DNA of 64,000 bases. Source: Asterionella formosa (Eukaryota). Location of the stretch: contig NKIB01011728.1 of the NCBI GenBank assembly GCA_002256025.1, positions 1-64,000 on the forward strand, given 5' to 3'. This document shows, in pieces, positions 12,404 through 23,178 of this stretch. Under the pieces are notes generated by a model. The model saw nothing but the letters and a program-made list of their open reading frames with translations. It ran no database searches and was not told where the DNA came from. The translations under genes and the position numbers were made by a program. Within the stretch, counting starts at the first letter, position 1, and each line of letters begins with the position of its first letter.

Positions 12404-14383
12404 ATGAAACTTGTTGGCTTGTGTGCCCTTCTGTTTCTCCGAGCAGGGGCGCTCGAAGTGACAGAAGACATAGAAGGATTCTTTGACGGAGTGCGCAAAG
12501 AAAATCCTAACGGAATGGTTGAAGAGACTAGAATTGTCGGGGGATCTCAAGCAGCTCGTTCGAGGTACCCATACTTTACAAGGCTTGATAACAACGGACA
12601 ACCTCATTGCGGAGGAGTCTTCATACACAATGATATAATATTGACTGCTGCACATTGTGCGTCGAACCAATTGTCGGCTGTGATCAACGCCTTCGTGGAA
12701 ACAGGATACACCTACTCAGGTCAGATTAACCGTTCTGTTCAACGTGTCATTGTGCATCCACAATATAATGCACAGGGACAATCAAACGAATTCGCCATCA
12801 TCAAACTTAGCAAACCAGTTTATTCGATCAAGCCAATACTTCTGAATGGTGATTCGCTCCAGCCTGGCACTGGAGATACTGTCACTGTGGTAGGCGTCGG
12901 TGCTAGTTATGAAGGCGGTCCTACCACCGTTGTGCTCAACCAAGTTTCTGTACAAGTCACAAGCACAAACGTATGCAACGCTGATTACAGTGGACTTATC
13001 ACAAATTCAATGTTTTGTGCAGGTTCACAGTTTGGAGGAAAAGATTCATGTCAGGGCGACTCAGGTGGCCCAGTCATTCAGATTAAGAACGGAAATGATA
13101 TCCTCGTTGGTGTGGTCAGCTGGGGTATAGGGTGTGCTAGAGCCAAAAAACCAGGAGTATATGCGAAAGTGAGCTCAGCCAAAAGCTGGATTGATTCCAC
13201 TGTTTGCTCAATTACATCAGTACCCAAACTTGGCTGCCCAGGTGTCTCTGCTGCATCGATGCCTCTTCCTTCACCTAGTCGTGCACCTGTTCGTGCAGCG
13301 ATTCCAGCTACTAGTACTTGCAGCGATGATGATGAAAGTGTATTTTACCTATCCTTCTTTGGCAGCAAGACATGTAGCTGGCTCCGCCAACGACCGGCGC
13401 TTCAGCGTTCTGTGTGTCGACAAGATACCATTGTGTACAATATTTGCGCGGCGACGTGTAAAAAGTGCACACGCACCCGTGCTGTTGATTTAAGTGAAGG
13501 CATTATTATTAATGGAATTTCTCGTGACTGTCTCTATCTCTCACAACACCCAATGGTCCGTGATAGGGAGTGTCGTCTGGGGCGTCCCGCCTATGATGTT
13601 TGTCGAGAGACTTGCAGTTCTTTTAATACTGGTGGCTCTCTTCGTCCGTCAGATAAATTGTCTGTGGCCAAGGGCAAGAATTTTTGCGACGACTCTGTAT
13701 CCACAACCTTTTTTGTTCAAGATATCGGCCAAGATCAAAACTGTGCGTGGCTGGCGGCGCGATCTGAATACATTGATACTTACTGCGTTGCAGGGCACCC
13801 CTCTGGAGCTAGAGACGCGTGTCCTGAGACATGTGGCAAGTGCAACGATACATGCGTGGATTCCACCGCAAAATTTGATATCGATGGTGTTCGACGAAAC
13901 TGCTTTTGGTTAAGCCTTCGAGTGGAAGTGCAGGCCAAGGTATGCTATCCAGAATATGAGGCGTGGATACATTGCCGCAAGACTTGCGAGAACTGCCCTG
14001 CACTCAAATCAGCTGAACGACTATCGAACTCTAGCGGGAGTATACACAGTGGCAAATGCAACGATGACAGATTCGGCACTTTTTTCATCAACTCACAGCT
14101 TCGTGAAGAAAAGTGCGTTTGGTTAGCAGCTCAACCAGAGTGGCAAGCCATCTTATGTGTAGAGGGACACCCTTCTGATGCTCGAAACGTTTGTGCTGAA
14201 ACATGTGGGAAGTGCATTGACAATTGCGTCGATACTGCTGACAAGTTTGATATTGACGGGATTATTCGTGACTGCCGTTGGCTGGTGTTGTTGAAGCCTG
14301 AAATGCAAGACATGTATTGCTCAGCTGATAATGGTGCCAAAGTAGCGTGCCCTAAAATTTGCAACAGCTGTACAACACGTTAA
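12404..14383 (+). CDS. Secreted trypsin-family (S1A) serine protease with C-terminal Cys-rich (ShK-like) repeats
   Basis: Signal peptide, R|IVGG activation site, LTAAHC, DSCQGDSGGP, VSWGIGC; about seven C..TC..C-terminated repeats after a Pro-rich linker. Confidence 0.92.
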   Translation: MKLVGLCALLFLRAGALEVTEDIEGFFDGVRKENPNGMVEETRIVGGSQAARSRYPYFTRLDNNGQPHCGGVFIHNDIILTAAHCASNQLSAVINAFVETGYTYSGQINRSVQRVIVHPQYNAQGQSNEFAIIKLSKPVYSIKPILLNGDSLQPGTGDTVTVVGVGASYEGGPTTVVLNQVSVQVTSTNVCNADYSGLITNSMFCAGSQFGGKDSCQGDSGGPVIQIKNGNDILVGVVSWGIGCARAKKPGVYAKVSSAKSWIDSTVCSITSVPKLGCPGVSAASMPLPSPSRAPVRAAIPATSTCSDDDESVFYLSFFGSKTCSWLRQRPALQRSVCRQDTIVYNICAATCKKCTRTRAVDLSEGIIINGISRDCLYLSQHPMVRDRECRLGRPAYDVCRETCSSFNTGGSLRPSDKLSVAKGKNFCDDSVSTTFFVQDIGQDQNCAWLAARSEYIDTYCVAGHPSGARDACPETCGKCNDTCVDSTAKFDIDGVRRNCFWLSLRVEVQAKVCYPEYEAWIHCRKTCENCPALKSAERLSNSSGSIHSGKCNDDRFGTFFINSQLREEKCVWLAAQPEWQAILCVEGHPSDARNVCAETCGKCIDNCVDTADKFDIDGIIRDCRWLVLLKPEMQDMYCSADNGAKVACPKICNSCTTR

Positions 14384-15151
14384 TACTTTTTGAACAGGTT
14401 CAGGCATGTTCAAAGAAGAAATGAGGGAAGGTTGCAGTACTGTTGAAACTATTTAAAGAATGTCGAGTGGCAATTAATGCATATATCTAAATGAATACCA
14501 TTGTATTCACAAAGAATCAAGAAGGATTGCGCATAGTAAGGGAGGAGTCACCAGGGGAAACACACACCTAGATACTACTTAGTTGCCAACTCTAGAAAAC
14601 TAAATGTTTATAAGAATGTATATACATGTACCAGTTTGACTACCGGGTATATATTTATGGTCCTCTAGTATATCGTAGTTCTTCCGAATGCCGTCCACAG
14701 GAGCGTATACAACATGGAATTCTGGATTTTAGACTACATGGAGTACCAGGTGCGTACTACCACCCATTGTTCCAAGGGTGGAGTGAATATAAGCATGCTA
14801 AACGAGCTCAAGGTAAACATGATGGATTACTATGCATGTGTGTATGTACATGCCATCTTTGCTATCTTGATGCATGATGTTCGCTCTACAGGTTTACTTC
14901 GGAGCGCGAATAAAAGAGGAGTGTGACTTTCCTAACATACATGCCAGTACCCGGTAGTAATTCTTCTGACATCATCATCCTATGATACTGTAGATACTAC
15001 GCACGTTTTGAATTTGTTACTGACTGGATGACGATGAAACAGAAACTTGGTGAATCGGAAGAAAAACATTAACAGCGTCACTCCTATAAAATGAGAAATC
15101 ATCTCTTCGCAGCATAGATACCCTGGTAGATTCAATCGCAAAAGCGAAGAC

Positions 15152-17446
15152 ATGTTGATCTCCTCCCTCAGTATTGTTTGCATCCTTTGCTCTGCGCATT
15201 GTGTCAATGCGTTTGATGTGCCAAATAAGAGACATCGGCTTCATCGCTGGATGGCTTCGACCAAGCTGTCCATGAAACCGAACGATCGCATCGATGTCGT
15301 CATTTTTGGGATTGGAGATCTTCGCACTGATGATCATGGCGGCTTGAAGGCTGCCATTGATGCAAATGAGAGCAAGATATTACCATTTGCCCTTTTGGAC
15401 CCACTCAACCTCGCGAAAATCCCAGGTGCCATATCAGCGACGTTGGATACCGCGGAGATGCTATCAAGTGCCCTGGTGGATCTGCAAAGTCAATTGCAAG
15501 TACTGAACCTTAATCTGCGAGTGGAAATGGGAGATACGGCATCTGTTTTCGAAGAAATTTTCTCCATGGGTGCTGGCAAGGATGTGCATCTTCATGTCTG
15601 CGATCTAGACCCTGTAGACAATGGGTTGGGCTATGGATCACTCTCAATAATCCAAGGAATGCTACTACCCGATCACGTTACGTTGCATGCATGGTCCTGT
15701 CACCTCAGGGAGGAGCCCTGGACTAATGTTGCCAACTTGTCAGACTCACACCCTAAATACGCTCAAAATTACGCAACATTTCCTGCAGCCGAACCTCTTG
15801 GAACAGCTAGTCCGGTGCCTACGGAACGATCAATGCTTTCCGAGGCATCTTTCATTCCTAGTGCCGAATCAATTGCAGACACAATGAAAGCTACACTAAA
15901 GTTAGACAATGCCCGGTGTGTCCAAGAAAAGACATCAGGGTTGTACGGAACTCATTGGGGAGGTCTTGCATTTGATTCAGTCGGAGAGTCCAAAGTGTTG
16001 GTAGCACTACAGGATTTTGCTGAGGTGTGTGGTGAAAATGACGAAGAGTGGGTTGCTCACCCAAGGTATGTTGGAAGACCTTGCAAGCGCAACGGCAGGT
16101 CCTTGGAGCATGCTGCCGTTTGCTGGATGATGAAGGGTGACGGTACGAAGCCAACGCCTGACACAAACAACTTGATTGCTGGGGAAAGCATGACCCGATA
16201 TTTGACCGCTCCACTCATGCTAGGAACAGTTTCATCTCGTAGAGTTTGGCATGCTTCACGAAAGAATGATGTGCTGTTCACAAGCGTTCTGAAAACAATT
16301 TCAGAAACTCGGGAGTGGCACAAGATCCTCGCTGCTAGAAATATCGGAATAGATCCAAGTTATCAAGGAAAGGGGAACATGCAATACAATTACTTCCGGT
16401 GGCAAGGCTTTCTTTGTAGGTATGCCAAAACACCTGTGCGTGAGACTGGCCAAAATGGCGTTTTGCTCGTCCATGGGTTTGGTGCTTCTGGGTCGCAATG
16501 GACCAAGGCTTTCCAAGAAATGAATGGCAGAGTTGATGCTGGTCTCGCCCCAGACTTGATTGGCTTTGGTCAGGCGGAAAAACCGCCTCTAACCTATACG
16601 CAATACCTTTGGGAGAGCTACCTCATGACATTCATCAAGGAAATCGCTGTTCAAAAGGAAAAGTGGGACTCCTTCGTTGTTGGAGGAAATTCAATTGGTG
16701 GCTATACAAGCATGAGTGCTGCAGCCGATGATACGGTTTGCGTCGATGATACATTCTCCGTGTCAAGTTCAGGGGCACCTGGTACTGGTCGGTGTACAGG
16801 CCTCATTTTGATGAACAGTGCTGGACAGATCCAAAAGCTAGAAGACGTAGAGATCATGCGTGCTGCAGGTGAAAAGATGCAGTTAAAATCCATGGCAGAA
16901 ATTACTTCTATTGATGCCCTTCCAAGTTGTAAACCAATCGCAAGGCCCATTGCTCGTGTTTTCGGTAATGGATTGCTCTACTATCTACGACCAAGAATCC
17001 AATCTATCTGCAAGAACCTTTACCCAACTAATCCATCTGCTGTTGATTCGGAACTCTCTGCTTCGATTCTTCGGGATTCTCTTGATCCTGGGGCGGTAAA
17101 TGTTATGATCTCGGGGTCGAAACTCCCGCCACCCAGGACAGCGAATGAGCTGCTAGGGGCCGACTATGGTTCTGCTCTTAGCGAAGCTGGTAGTATCAAT
17201 GTCAATGAAGGCATATGGACTGGTCCTGTGCTCGTTGCCCAAGGAATGTTAGATCCCCTCAATGATGCACCTTCCAGGGCCAACATGTTCGGAGCTCTGA
17301 GGAAAGGCATTACTATCAGTCCTATTAATGCTGGACATTGTCCTCACGATGAACTTCCTGTGGATATAGCTGATGCCATTGTTCAATGGAGGGACACAAT
17401 TCAATCGTCCCAAGCATCCCAAGTCTTGATGGGTGAAAGGAGATAG
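15152..17446 (+). CDS. Photolyase-like N-terminal domain fused to alpha/beta hydrolase, probably plastid-targeted
   Basis: DLRTDDHGGL (photolyase N-domain motif); VHGFGAS, PDLIGFG, GNSIGG nucleophile elbow, GHCPHDE; signal peptide ending VNA-F. Confidence 0.8.
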   Translation: MLISSLSIVCILCSAHCVNAFDVPNKRHRLHRWMASTKLSMKPNDRIDVVIFGIGDLRTDDHGGLKAAIDANESKILPFALLDPLNLAKIPGAISATLDTAEMLSSALVDLQSQLQVLNLNLRVEMGDTASVFEEIFSMGAGKDVHLHVCDLDPVDNGLGYGSLSIIQGMLLPDHVTLHAWSCHLREEPWTNVANLSDSHPKYAQNYATFPAAEPLGTASPVPTERSMLSEASFIPSAESIADTMKATLKLDNARCVQEKTSGLYGTHWGGLAFDSVGESKVLVALQDFAEVCGENDEEWVAHPRYVGRPCKRNGRSLEHAAVCWMMKGDGTKPTPDTNNLIAGESMTRYLTAPLMLGTVSSRRVWHASRKNDVLFTSVLKTISETREWHKILAARNIGIDPSYQGKGNMQYNYFRWQGFLCRYAKTPVRETGQNGVLLVHGFGASGSQWTKAFQEMNGRVDAGLAPDLIGFGQAEKPPLTYTQYLWESYLMTFIKEIAVQKEKWDSFVVGGNSIGGYTSMSAAADDTVCVDDTFSVSSSGAPGTGRCTGLILMNSAGQIQKLEDVEIMRAAGEKMQLKSMAEITSIDALPSCKPIARPIARVFGNGLLYYLRPRIQSICKNLYPTNPSAVDSELSASILRDSLDPGAVNVMISGSKLPPPRTANELLGADYGSALSEAGSINVNEGIWTGPVLVAQGMLDPLNDAPSRANMFGALRKGITISPINAGHCPHDELPVDIADAIVQWRDTIQSSQASQVLMGERR

Positions 17447-18080
17447 AATCTACAATGATATATACTGCTTGAATTCCTTTTCGAAATACGAGGTAGAGTA
17501 CCGGTATATACGTATTATGTATACCGGTATGTATATGTATGTACCGGTATGTAGTAAAAGTACAAAACCCATGAACCATTTGCCTACATATTATGATACA
17601 TACAGAATACAGACAGTACCGGTATTCGGGTCCATGATACCAGGTACAGGTACTGGCTGGTAATTTATATCCGGTCATCGTGGCCATACACAAAGCAACT
17701 ACCAGATACCGGTACCGGTACAGGTATGTAAATATATAATTATCATATTTGTTATGCATCAGGTATGCTTTCATTTCATGCATTGTTCCATCATTACTAC
17801 GAGGTACCTGGTGCCAGGTACCAGGGTGGTACATGCACCAGTACGAGGGTACCGCCCCTGGGGAGTACTGTCAGAGTACCAGGTCCCTTGTACCTTTGCC
17901 CGGTAAATAAATGATGCATGACGGTATGGTCTTATTGATATATATGATACCGCCATTATTGACAACCATCATCTATACGTTGTAGCTAACTGTCTTTCAT
18001 TATCTTTAGACAATTTCTACACATCAAAACTAACCAACAGTTGGCATCTATATACGCTATTCTGAGGATCGGTTCTTACA

Positions 18081-19106
18081 ATGAGCGCTCATTATGGCGG
18101 GAAGCAAGAATCAACAGAGGAGATGAAGAAAAAGGTTCAAAAGTTAAACATCTCCGTCGGTGACCTGTTTGACTCTTCCAAGCCCTGGATTCTGGTGCCA
18201 AACGGGTCAATCCTGGGCTACTTTGACTGGGTGAGCCATCCGAGGTATTTCTCGATGCAGCTTCACACGTCCCTTCTTTCTAAAGCTAACGCCTTTTATG
18301 TACTGTTGCCACAGGTTCCTGAGCATCTGCGGGTGGGTCACTGGTCGCCCATGGGAATGGCGTACCTTTTTATGATTGTCTACGTGGTTTGCATGAGCCT
18401 CGCGTGGTGGAGGGTCCAACCCAGGGAAACCTTGGACCTAAATTACGACGGAGTCGGGACGTTGCTGTGGTGTTACAATCTTTTGGGATTCTTGTGGACA
18501 ATATTTGTAAATTTGACAGTTCTTCGGGGCCCAGCGGGTGCAAAGGCGTGGGCCACATTTACAATGTGGGCCTGGTCGACACTGACCATTAGATATGGTC
18601 TTTCGGTACTGGCACCGATCATGTCGAAAGGTGGAATAGCTCTGGATATTCTCGAATACACTCGATTTCCAACCTTGATCATGGCTTCCGTGACATTTGG
18701 TATGTGGAACTTTGTTGTTGGTCCTTTTATTTACTTTTTTGGAATGAAAACACCCGAGATGAAGGCCAGCTTCTTAAAGGTTTTTACCAGCTTTCGTTTG
18801 ACGCAACTGCATGTTTTTAATATCGTCTTAGCTATTGGGAACTGCGTTGTGGCCAGTCCATCGCGGTCCCTTGGGTTCGGAGATTTCATCACTGGCATTC
18901 TGATTGCAGTGATTTACTTTCTATTTTATCTTTTGGTTTTGGATCGCATAGGTGTACATCTTTACCCCGTGTTCAGTCCAAGAACTAATTGGCTTATCCT
19001 TCCGTGGTCATTTATGATTGCTTCTTTCATTGGAGGATTCTACTTTTGGAACGGAGTCCTGTCGAAGGGTGAATGGAGAGGCATGGTTGTACAATTGTTG
19101 AGGTGA
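18081..19106 (+). CDS. Multi-pass membrane protein of unknown function (probable in-frame intron 18231-18314)
   Basis: About seven hydrophobic segments; GTGAGC...GCTAAC...ACAG 84-nt intron-like segment. Confidence 0.75.
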   Translation: MSAHYGGKQESTEEMKKKVQKLNISVGDLFDSSKPWILVPNGSILGYFDWVSHPRYFSMQLHTSLLSKANAFYVLLPQVPEHLRVGHWSPMGMAYLFMIVYVVCMSLAWWRVQPRETLDLNYDGVGTLLWCYNLLGFLWTIFVNLTVLRGPAGAKAWATFTMWAWSTLTIRYGLSVLAPIMSKGGIALDILEYTRFPTLIMASVTFGMWNFVVGPFIYFFGMKTPEMKASFLKVFTSFRLTQLHVFNIVLAIGNCVVASPSRSLGFGDFITGILIAVIYFLFYLLVLDRIGVHLYPVFSPRTNWLILPWSFMIASFIGGFYFWNGVLSKGEWRGMVVQLLR

Positions 19107-19299
19107 CTTTTTCATCCATGGTATCCTGTTGGAATAGTCTTACTTTGGAAGAATGATTATTGCACTACGATAGTGAGGTTATCTTATTTTTTTTGAACCT
19201 GTACCCTAATATAGTCAATGAATTAGTTTGTTGCCCTACTTTCGAAGCAGAAACGGAATGAAGAAAATGAAAACAGAGTTCGAACTCCAGTCACCAATC

Positions 19300-19794
19300 T
19301 CAGGGCTTTGTGTGTTCCAACAATTCTTCCACGGATCTCACTAGATGTTCAATTCTATATGCCTGTTTGGCATTTATCTTCTTGAGGGCAGCATTTTCCG
19401 CTTGGAGTGCTTGTATTTCTTTCGACCCTACTGTGTGCTCTCCCGAAGACAATTGCGATCGAATCGCTCTCAACTTTTCCAGCATTTCCATTTGTACTTG
19501 ATGAACAGCAGACTGAGTGGCATCAAACGCGGCTCCCGTCTCGAGGCCCTCAAGTCGTTTTGTGAGTGCCTCCACGTCCTGGCAGTGGTAGTTGTTGTTG
19601 TAATTGGGGGTTAGTGGGTACAAACGAGCATGCGACATTCAAAGTGATGGGTACTATCCTATTTCTTTGCTACGCCATGCTAGCAATGCTATGGACGCAC
19701 AACAGCAGCCTTCTTGAGTGCACCCTAAGATTTGGATTTTGGATGAACCATCAGTGGTCTGCGTTCTTGTACTTACAGTCATTGCTTGGCTCAT
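19300..19794 (-). CDS. Small coiled-coil protein (~98 aa; intron 19579-19776)
   Basis: Exon 1 MSQAMT followed by GTAAGT; exon 2 after CAG reads DVEALTKRL...LQAENAALKKINAKQAYRIEHLVRSV. Confidence 0.7.
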
Positions 19795-19987
19795 CGATGC
19801 GGATGCCGTCAGTGTGTGTGCTGGTGTTGTAGTTTATTGTCCGCCTCTTGAAAGTGATTCGACATGAAACCACCAGCAGTACCGGTATACTGTGGTATAT
19901 TGTTATACTAATGAGACCCAGTTACAATTCTACATTGTAATTAGGGAACAGGTATACCTGTAATACCGGTACCTGATACATAGAATG

Positions 19988-20060
19988 CCAGGTACCAGGT
20001 ACCAGGTACCAGGTACCAGGTACCAGGTACCAGGTATCAGGTATCAGGTATCAGGTACCA
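19988..20060. repeat. Tandem 7-mer array (CCAGGTA)7(TCAGGTA)3
   Basis: Directly read; lies in the divergent promoter between 19794(-) and 20267(+). Confidence 0.95.
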
Positions 20061-20266
20061 AATGTGATGGAAGCATCAACGAATAATAAAAATGATGTGT
20101 TTCTCAGTTGCGTTCACAACTAGCTAGCAGGGACTACTATACCAGGATATTCTATTACTGTACGTACAACAGTCTCCGCCTAATACTGGTATGCAAGCGA
20201 ATCGGATTTTCCAGCACTTCGCCACTTTCCAGCTTCTACAACCGACCTGAGAAATAAGCAATAGAA

Positions 20267-21010
20267 ATGTCGGGAGGAACTGGAGCCAAAGAGAATGCGA
20301 ATCCAATCGTTCATGAGATTGAAGAAACGCCTACAAAAAGAGCCAATGGGGGCGCTCTGGAACGATGGAACCTTTCGGTTTCCAATGATCTACCAATAAC
20401 CCTCGACCTTCCAGAAAGAAAAATTTACACCGCTGAGGACCGTGGGATCTATAATGCTCTTGTGGAAATTGCCAATGCAACCAATGGGAAGGGCGTCTCC
20501 CTACTGACCCAGGCAGGTCTGAACCTCTTCAACGAGTCGTCGCAACCCATCGCCTCGCCCATGTATTTGGCTGAAAAGTTGCAACAGCCACAATCAAATT
20601 CCTGCAATACTAGAGAGGCGTTCACTGCCGAGGAAATATTTCACATTGTACGCAACATTCAAGATCCCGAACACCCACTCACATTGGAACAACTCAATGT
20701 AGTTAACCGCCATCATATTGTTGTACACGACAATTACCCTGACATGTCCATGGTACATGTACGCTTCACTCCGACCATACCTCATTGTTCTATGGCAACC
20801 TTGATTGGATTATGCATTCGTGTCAAGTTGCTACGATCACTGCCCCCTCGCTTCAAAGTTCATGTTACGATCCAGCCCGGTACACATGCCAGTGAAGCAG
20901 CCGTGGGGAAACAATTAGCAGATAAAGAACGTGTGTGCGCTGCGTTGGAGAATGAACACCTACTAGGAGTTGTCAACAAATGTGTTGGAGAAGGAATGAA
21001 CATGCAGTAG
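20267..21010 (+). CDS. CIA2: MIP18/FAM96 family cytosolic Fe-S assembly component (CIA2/AE7-like)
   Basis: ENANP N-terminus; [47 protein letters not shown]. Confidence 0.9.
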   Translation: MSGGTGAKENANPIVHEIEETPTKRANGGALERWNLSVSNDLPITLDLPERKIYTAEDRGIYNALVEIANATNGKGVSLLTQAGLNLFNESSQPIASPMYLAEKLQQPQSNSCNTREAFTAEEIFHIVRNIQDPEHPLTLEQLNVVNRHHIVVHDNYPDMSMVHVRFTPTIPHCSMATLIGLCIRVKLLRSLPPRFKVHVTIQPGTHASEAAVGKQLADKERVCAALENEHLLGVVNKCVGEGMNMQ

Positions 21011-21106
21011 GAGCTGTTGACTATAGCGTCTCTTTCTATTATCAAAATATATACATATACTACGTTAGAAACCACATTTTGCACATTACAGTAGTTTGCT
21101 AGCTCA

Positions 21107-22792
21107 TTATTCGGTCTTGGCTCGGTTCACTATATTTGCATCGACCCAAGGAGCCAGCGCCAAGGCAGCCCCCAGCCGAAGTGGAACAAGTAGACGAGCC
21201 ACGTTGGCACCTGCAAAAATGAATCCCAATACTGTTGTTCGGTCGGCAACATCATTAATCACGTCTGGCCAGTGACCTGTGGTTTGATACAGTGCTGTGG
21301 ATGCTACTGGAAATGCCACGGCCCAAAACAAGAGTTCTGTCAATACGTACGCTAAAGTTCCACTGATGCCATACTTTTTAACGTCTGCCATCGATAATCC
21401 TTCGCCGTCGTTTCCGCCAAACTTTGGAAGAGAGAAAGCAAGGGTACCTCCTTCCTTCTCTGATCTACTTACATACTGAAATGCAGTGATAGCAGGGATT
21501 CCAATCACCATGGCAAGGGCCACAGGACCATTGGCAGTAAAGGGTACATCTAGACCAAGTTCACCATACTTAATAGCATACGATGTAAACAACGTGAGGG
21601 CCGCCACCTTGGAAAACAATAAAGCGTTCGATTCCGATCGTTCCACAGTTTGCAAAGGCATGGAAGCAATGGCCTCCACCGTCAGGCCAACGGGGCTTGT
21701 TGGTGACTTTGGGAATGGATTGATCTCGTCCAACGTCCATCCGTTGCTTGTCGCGATGCGGTACGCCGCAATAGCGCAAGTAATGTTCCCCAGACAAGTA
21801 AATCCGGCTTGCATAGAAACGAGCCACTGTAGCGCGGAAGGATTAAAAAAGAAATGATAGGTGCACGCACAGATACCCGATGCGTGCAGGGGCAGCATGC
21901 CCCACGTGAGTCCTTTCCACTTCTCGTTGTCGGTCGCTTTTGAAAATTCCCATACTAATTGCATGGCCACCAAAAATTCAAAGACAGAAGAAAAATGAAT
22001 TGCCCAAGTAGGAATAGACAAGGCATTGGCTGGTTCGGCGTGTACCACCTGCAGAGATTTTGTTGCGTGAGTGTTGGGTGTTCCTGGTCTTTGTCACAAT
22101 TCAGTCGCCATTGTTGAGCACACACGTACCCAAGGAAGTGCTGATGTAGTCTCGGGAGACAAATCTCCGATTCCTAGCAAAAACGGGGAATGAGCTTCAA
22201 ATCCTGCGGCAGGACCAAACGCACACGATGCGGCAAAGAGCCCAGCGCACCCCAAGGCAATTAAACTATTACGCAAGGCTGGTGGAGGATTTGGGTTGGA
22301 CAATCCTTCCTTGAATCCCAGTACTAAGCAAACGTTGGCAGCTGTCAAGAGAGCTTCGGCTCCTCCGTGCAACCAATCAACGTTTGCCAATGAGTCTCCA
22401 TACGAAGCTCGGGTGATAATGCCTGCTGGAATAGTCGCAGCAACGAAAATCAAGATAAACTGAAAGCCGAAATTGCCCAAGGCAGGAATGCGATTTCCAC
22501 GAAAGGAAAGGAAATACAAAAATAGCAGGTATGGCAAGAGAGATGCCTGGAAAAATATCCCCGCCAAATTCTGCCCCTGATCGGAAAAGGCCAACATAGG
22601 ATTCGTTCCTACGGCTTGCTCCAACCAAGGCGCTGCGTGTATGGACGCATCCATCAGGGACACAGGGTCTAGCATCGAGAGTGCAGCGCTCGATGAAACA
22701 GTGCGCAGTACTCTTGTAGAAACAAATGATGCTGGTACAAACGCAGTCGACGAAGACATGGTCGCAAGAAAGAAGGAGAGCGCGTATCTCAT
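21107..22792 (-). CDS. Plastid membrane protein, DUF3593 + Ycf49/DUF2499 fusion (intron 22049-22129)
   Basis: Bipartite presequence (STA-F); SLLPYLLFLYFL...LANVDWLHGGAE (DUF3593-like); ALSIPTWAIHFSSVFE...CACTYHFF (Ycf49-like); GT-AG intron joins the two ORFs in frame. Confidence 0.85.
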
Positions 22793-23178
22793 GGTGAAGA
22801 TTCCTTGGGAAGAAATGATGCCATGAAGGTCTATTCCTTCCGCCTTAATCGCTGCTGTCGGCGGCAAAAAAGGGAGGCTCCACGTGGAAACGTAGTCTCT
22901 GTGTCGTCGCAACAAAGCTTTTCTCCAACTTCAACTTGCGGAAATTGATTCACATGAAGCATTATCCTGCGCTGATGCTGATGAGCATGATGACGCAAGA
23001 TATTGCTCTGTTTTTATCGTCTGGCTGATCTTGGCGACTGCGACGAATACGAACATCATTGCATATCATTCCTTTTCCCCCCTCATCTTTCTGGCATTCA
23101 AGAATAATTGCTTATTACCTTTGCCATTTTATTAGTCCCCTAGGTACTTGCTATTACACTCTCTAAGTATACTGAACA

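Noticed and set aside
19988..20060. CRISPR array or telomeric repeat
   Set aside because: Simple 7-mer tandem with no spacers, interstitial, no cas genes
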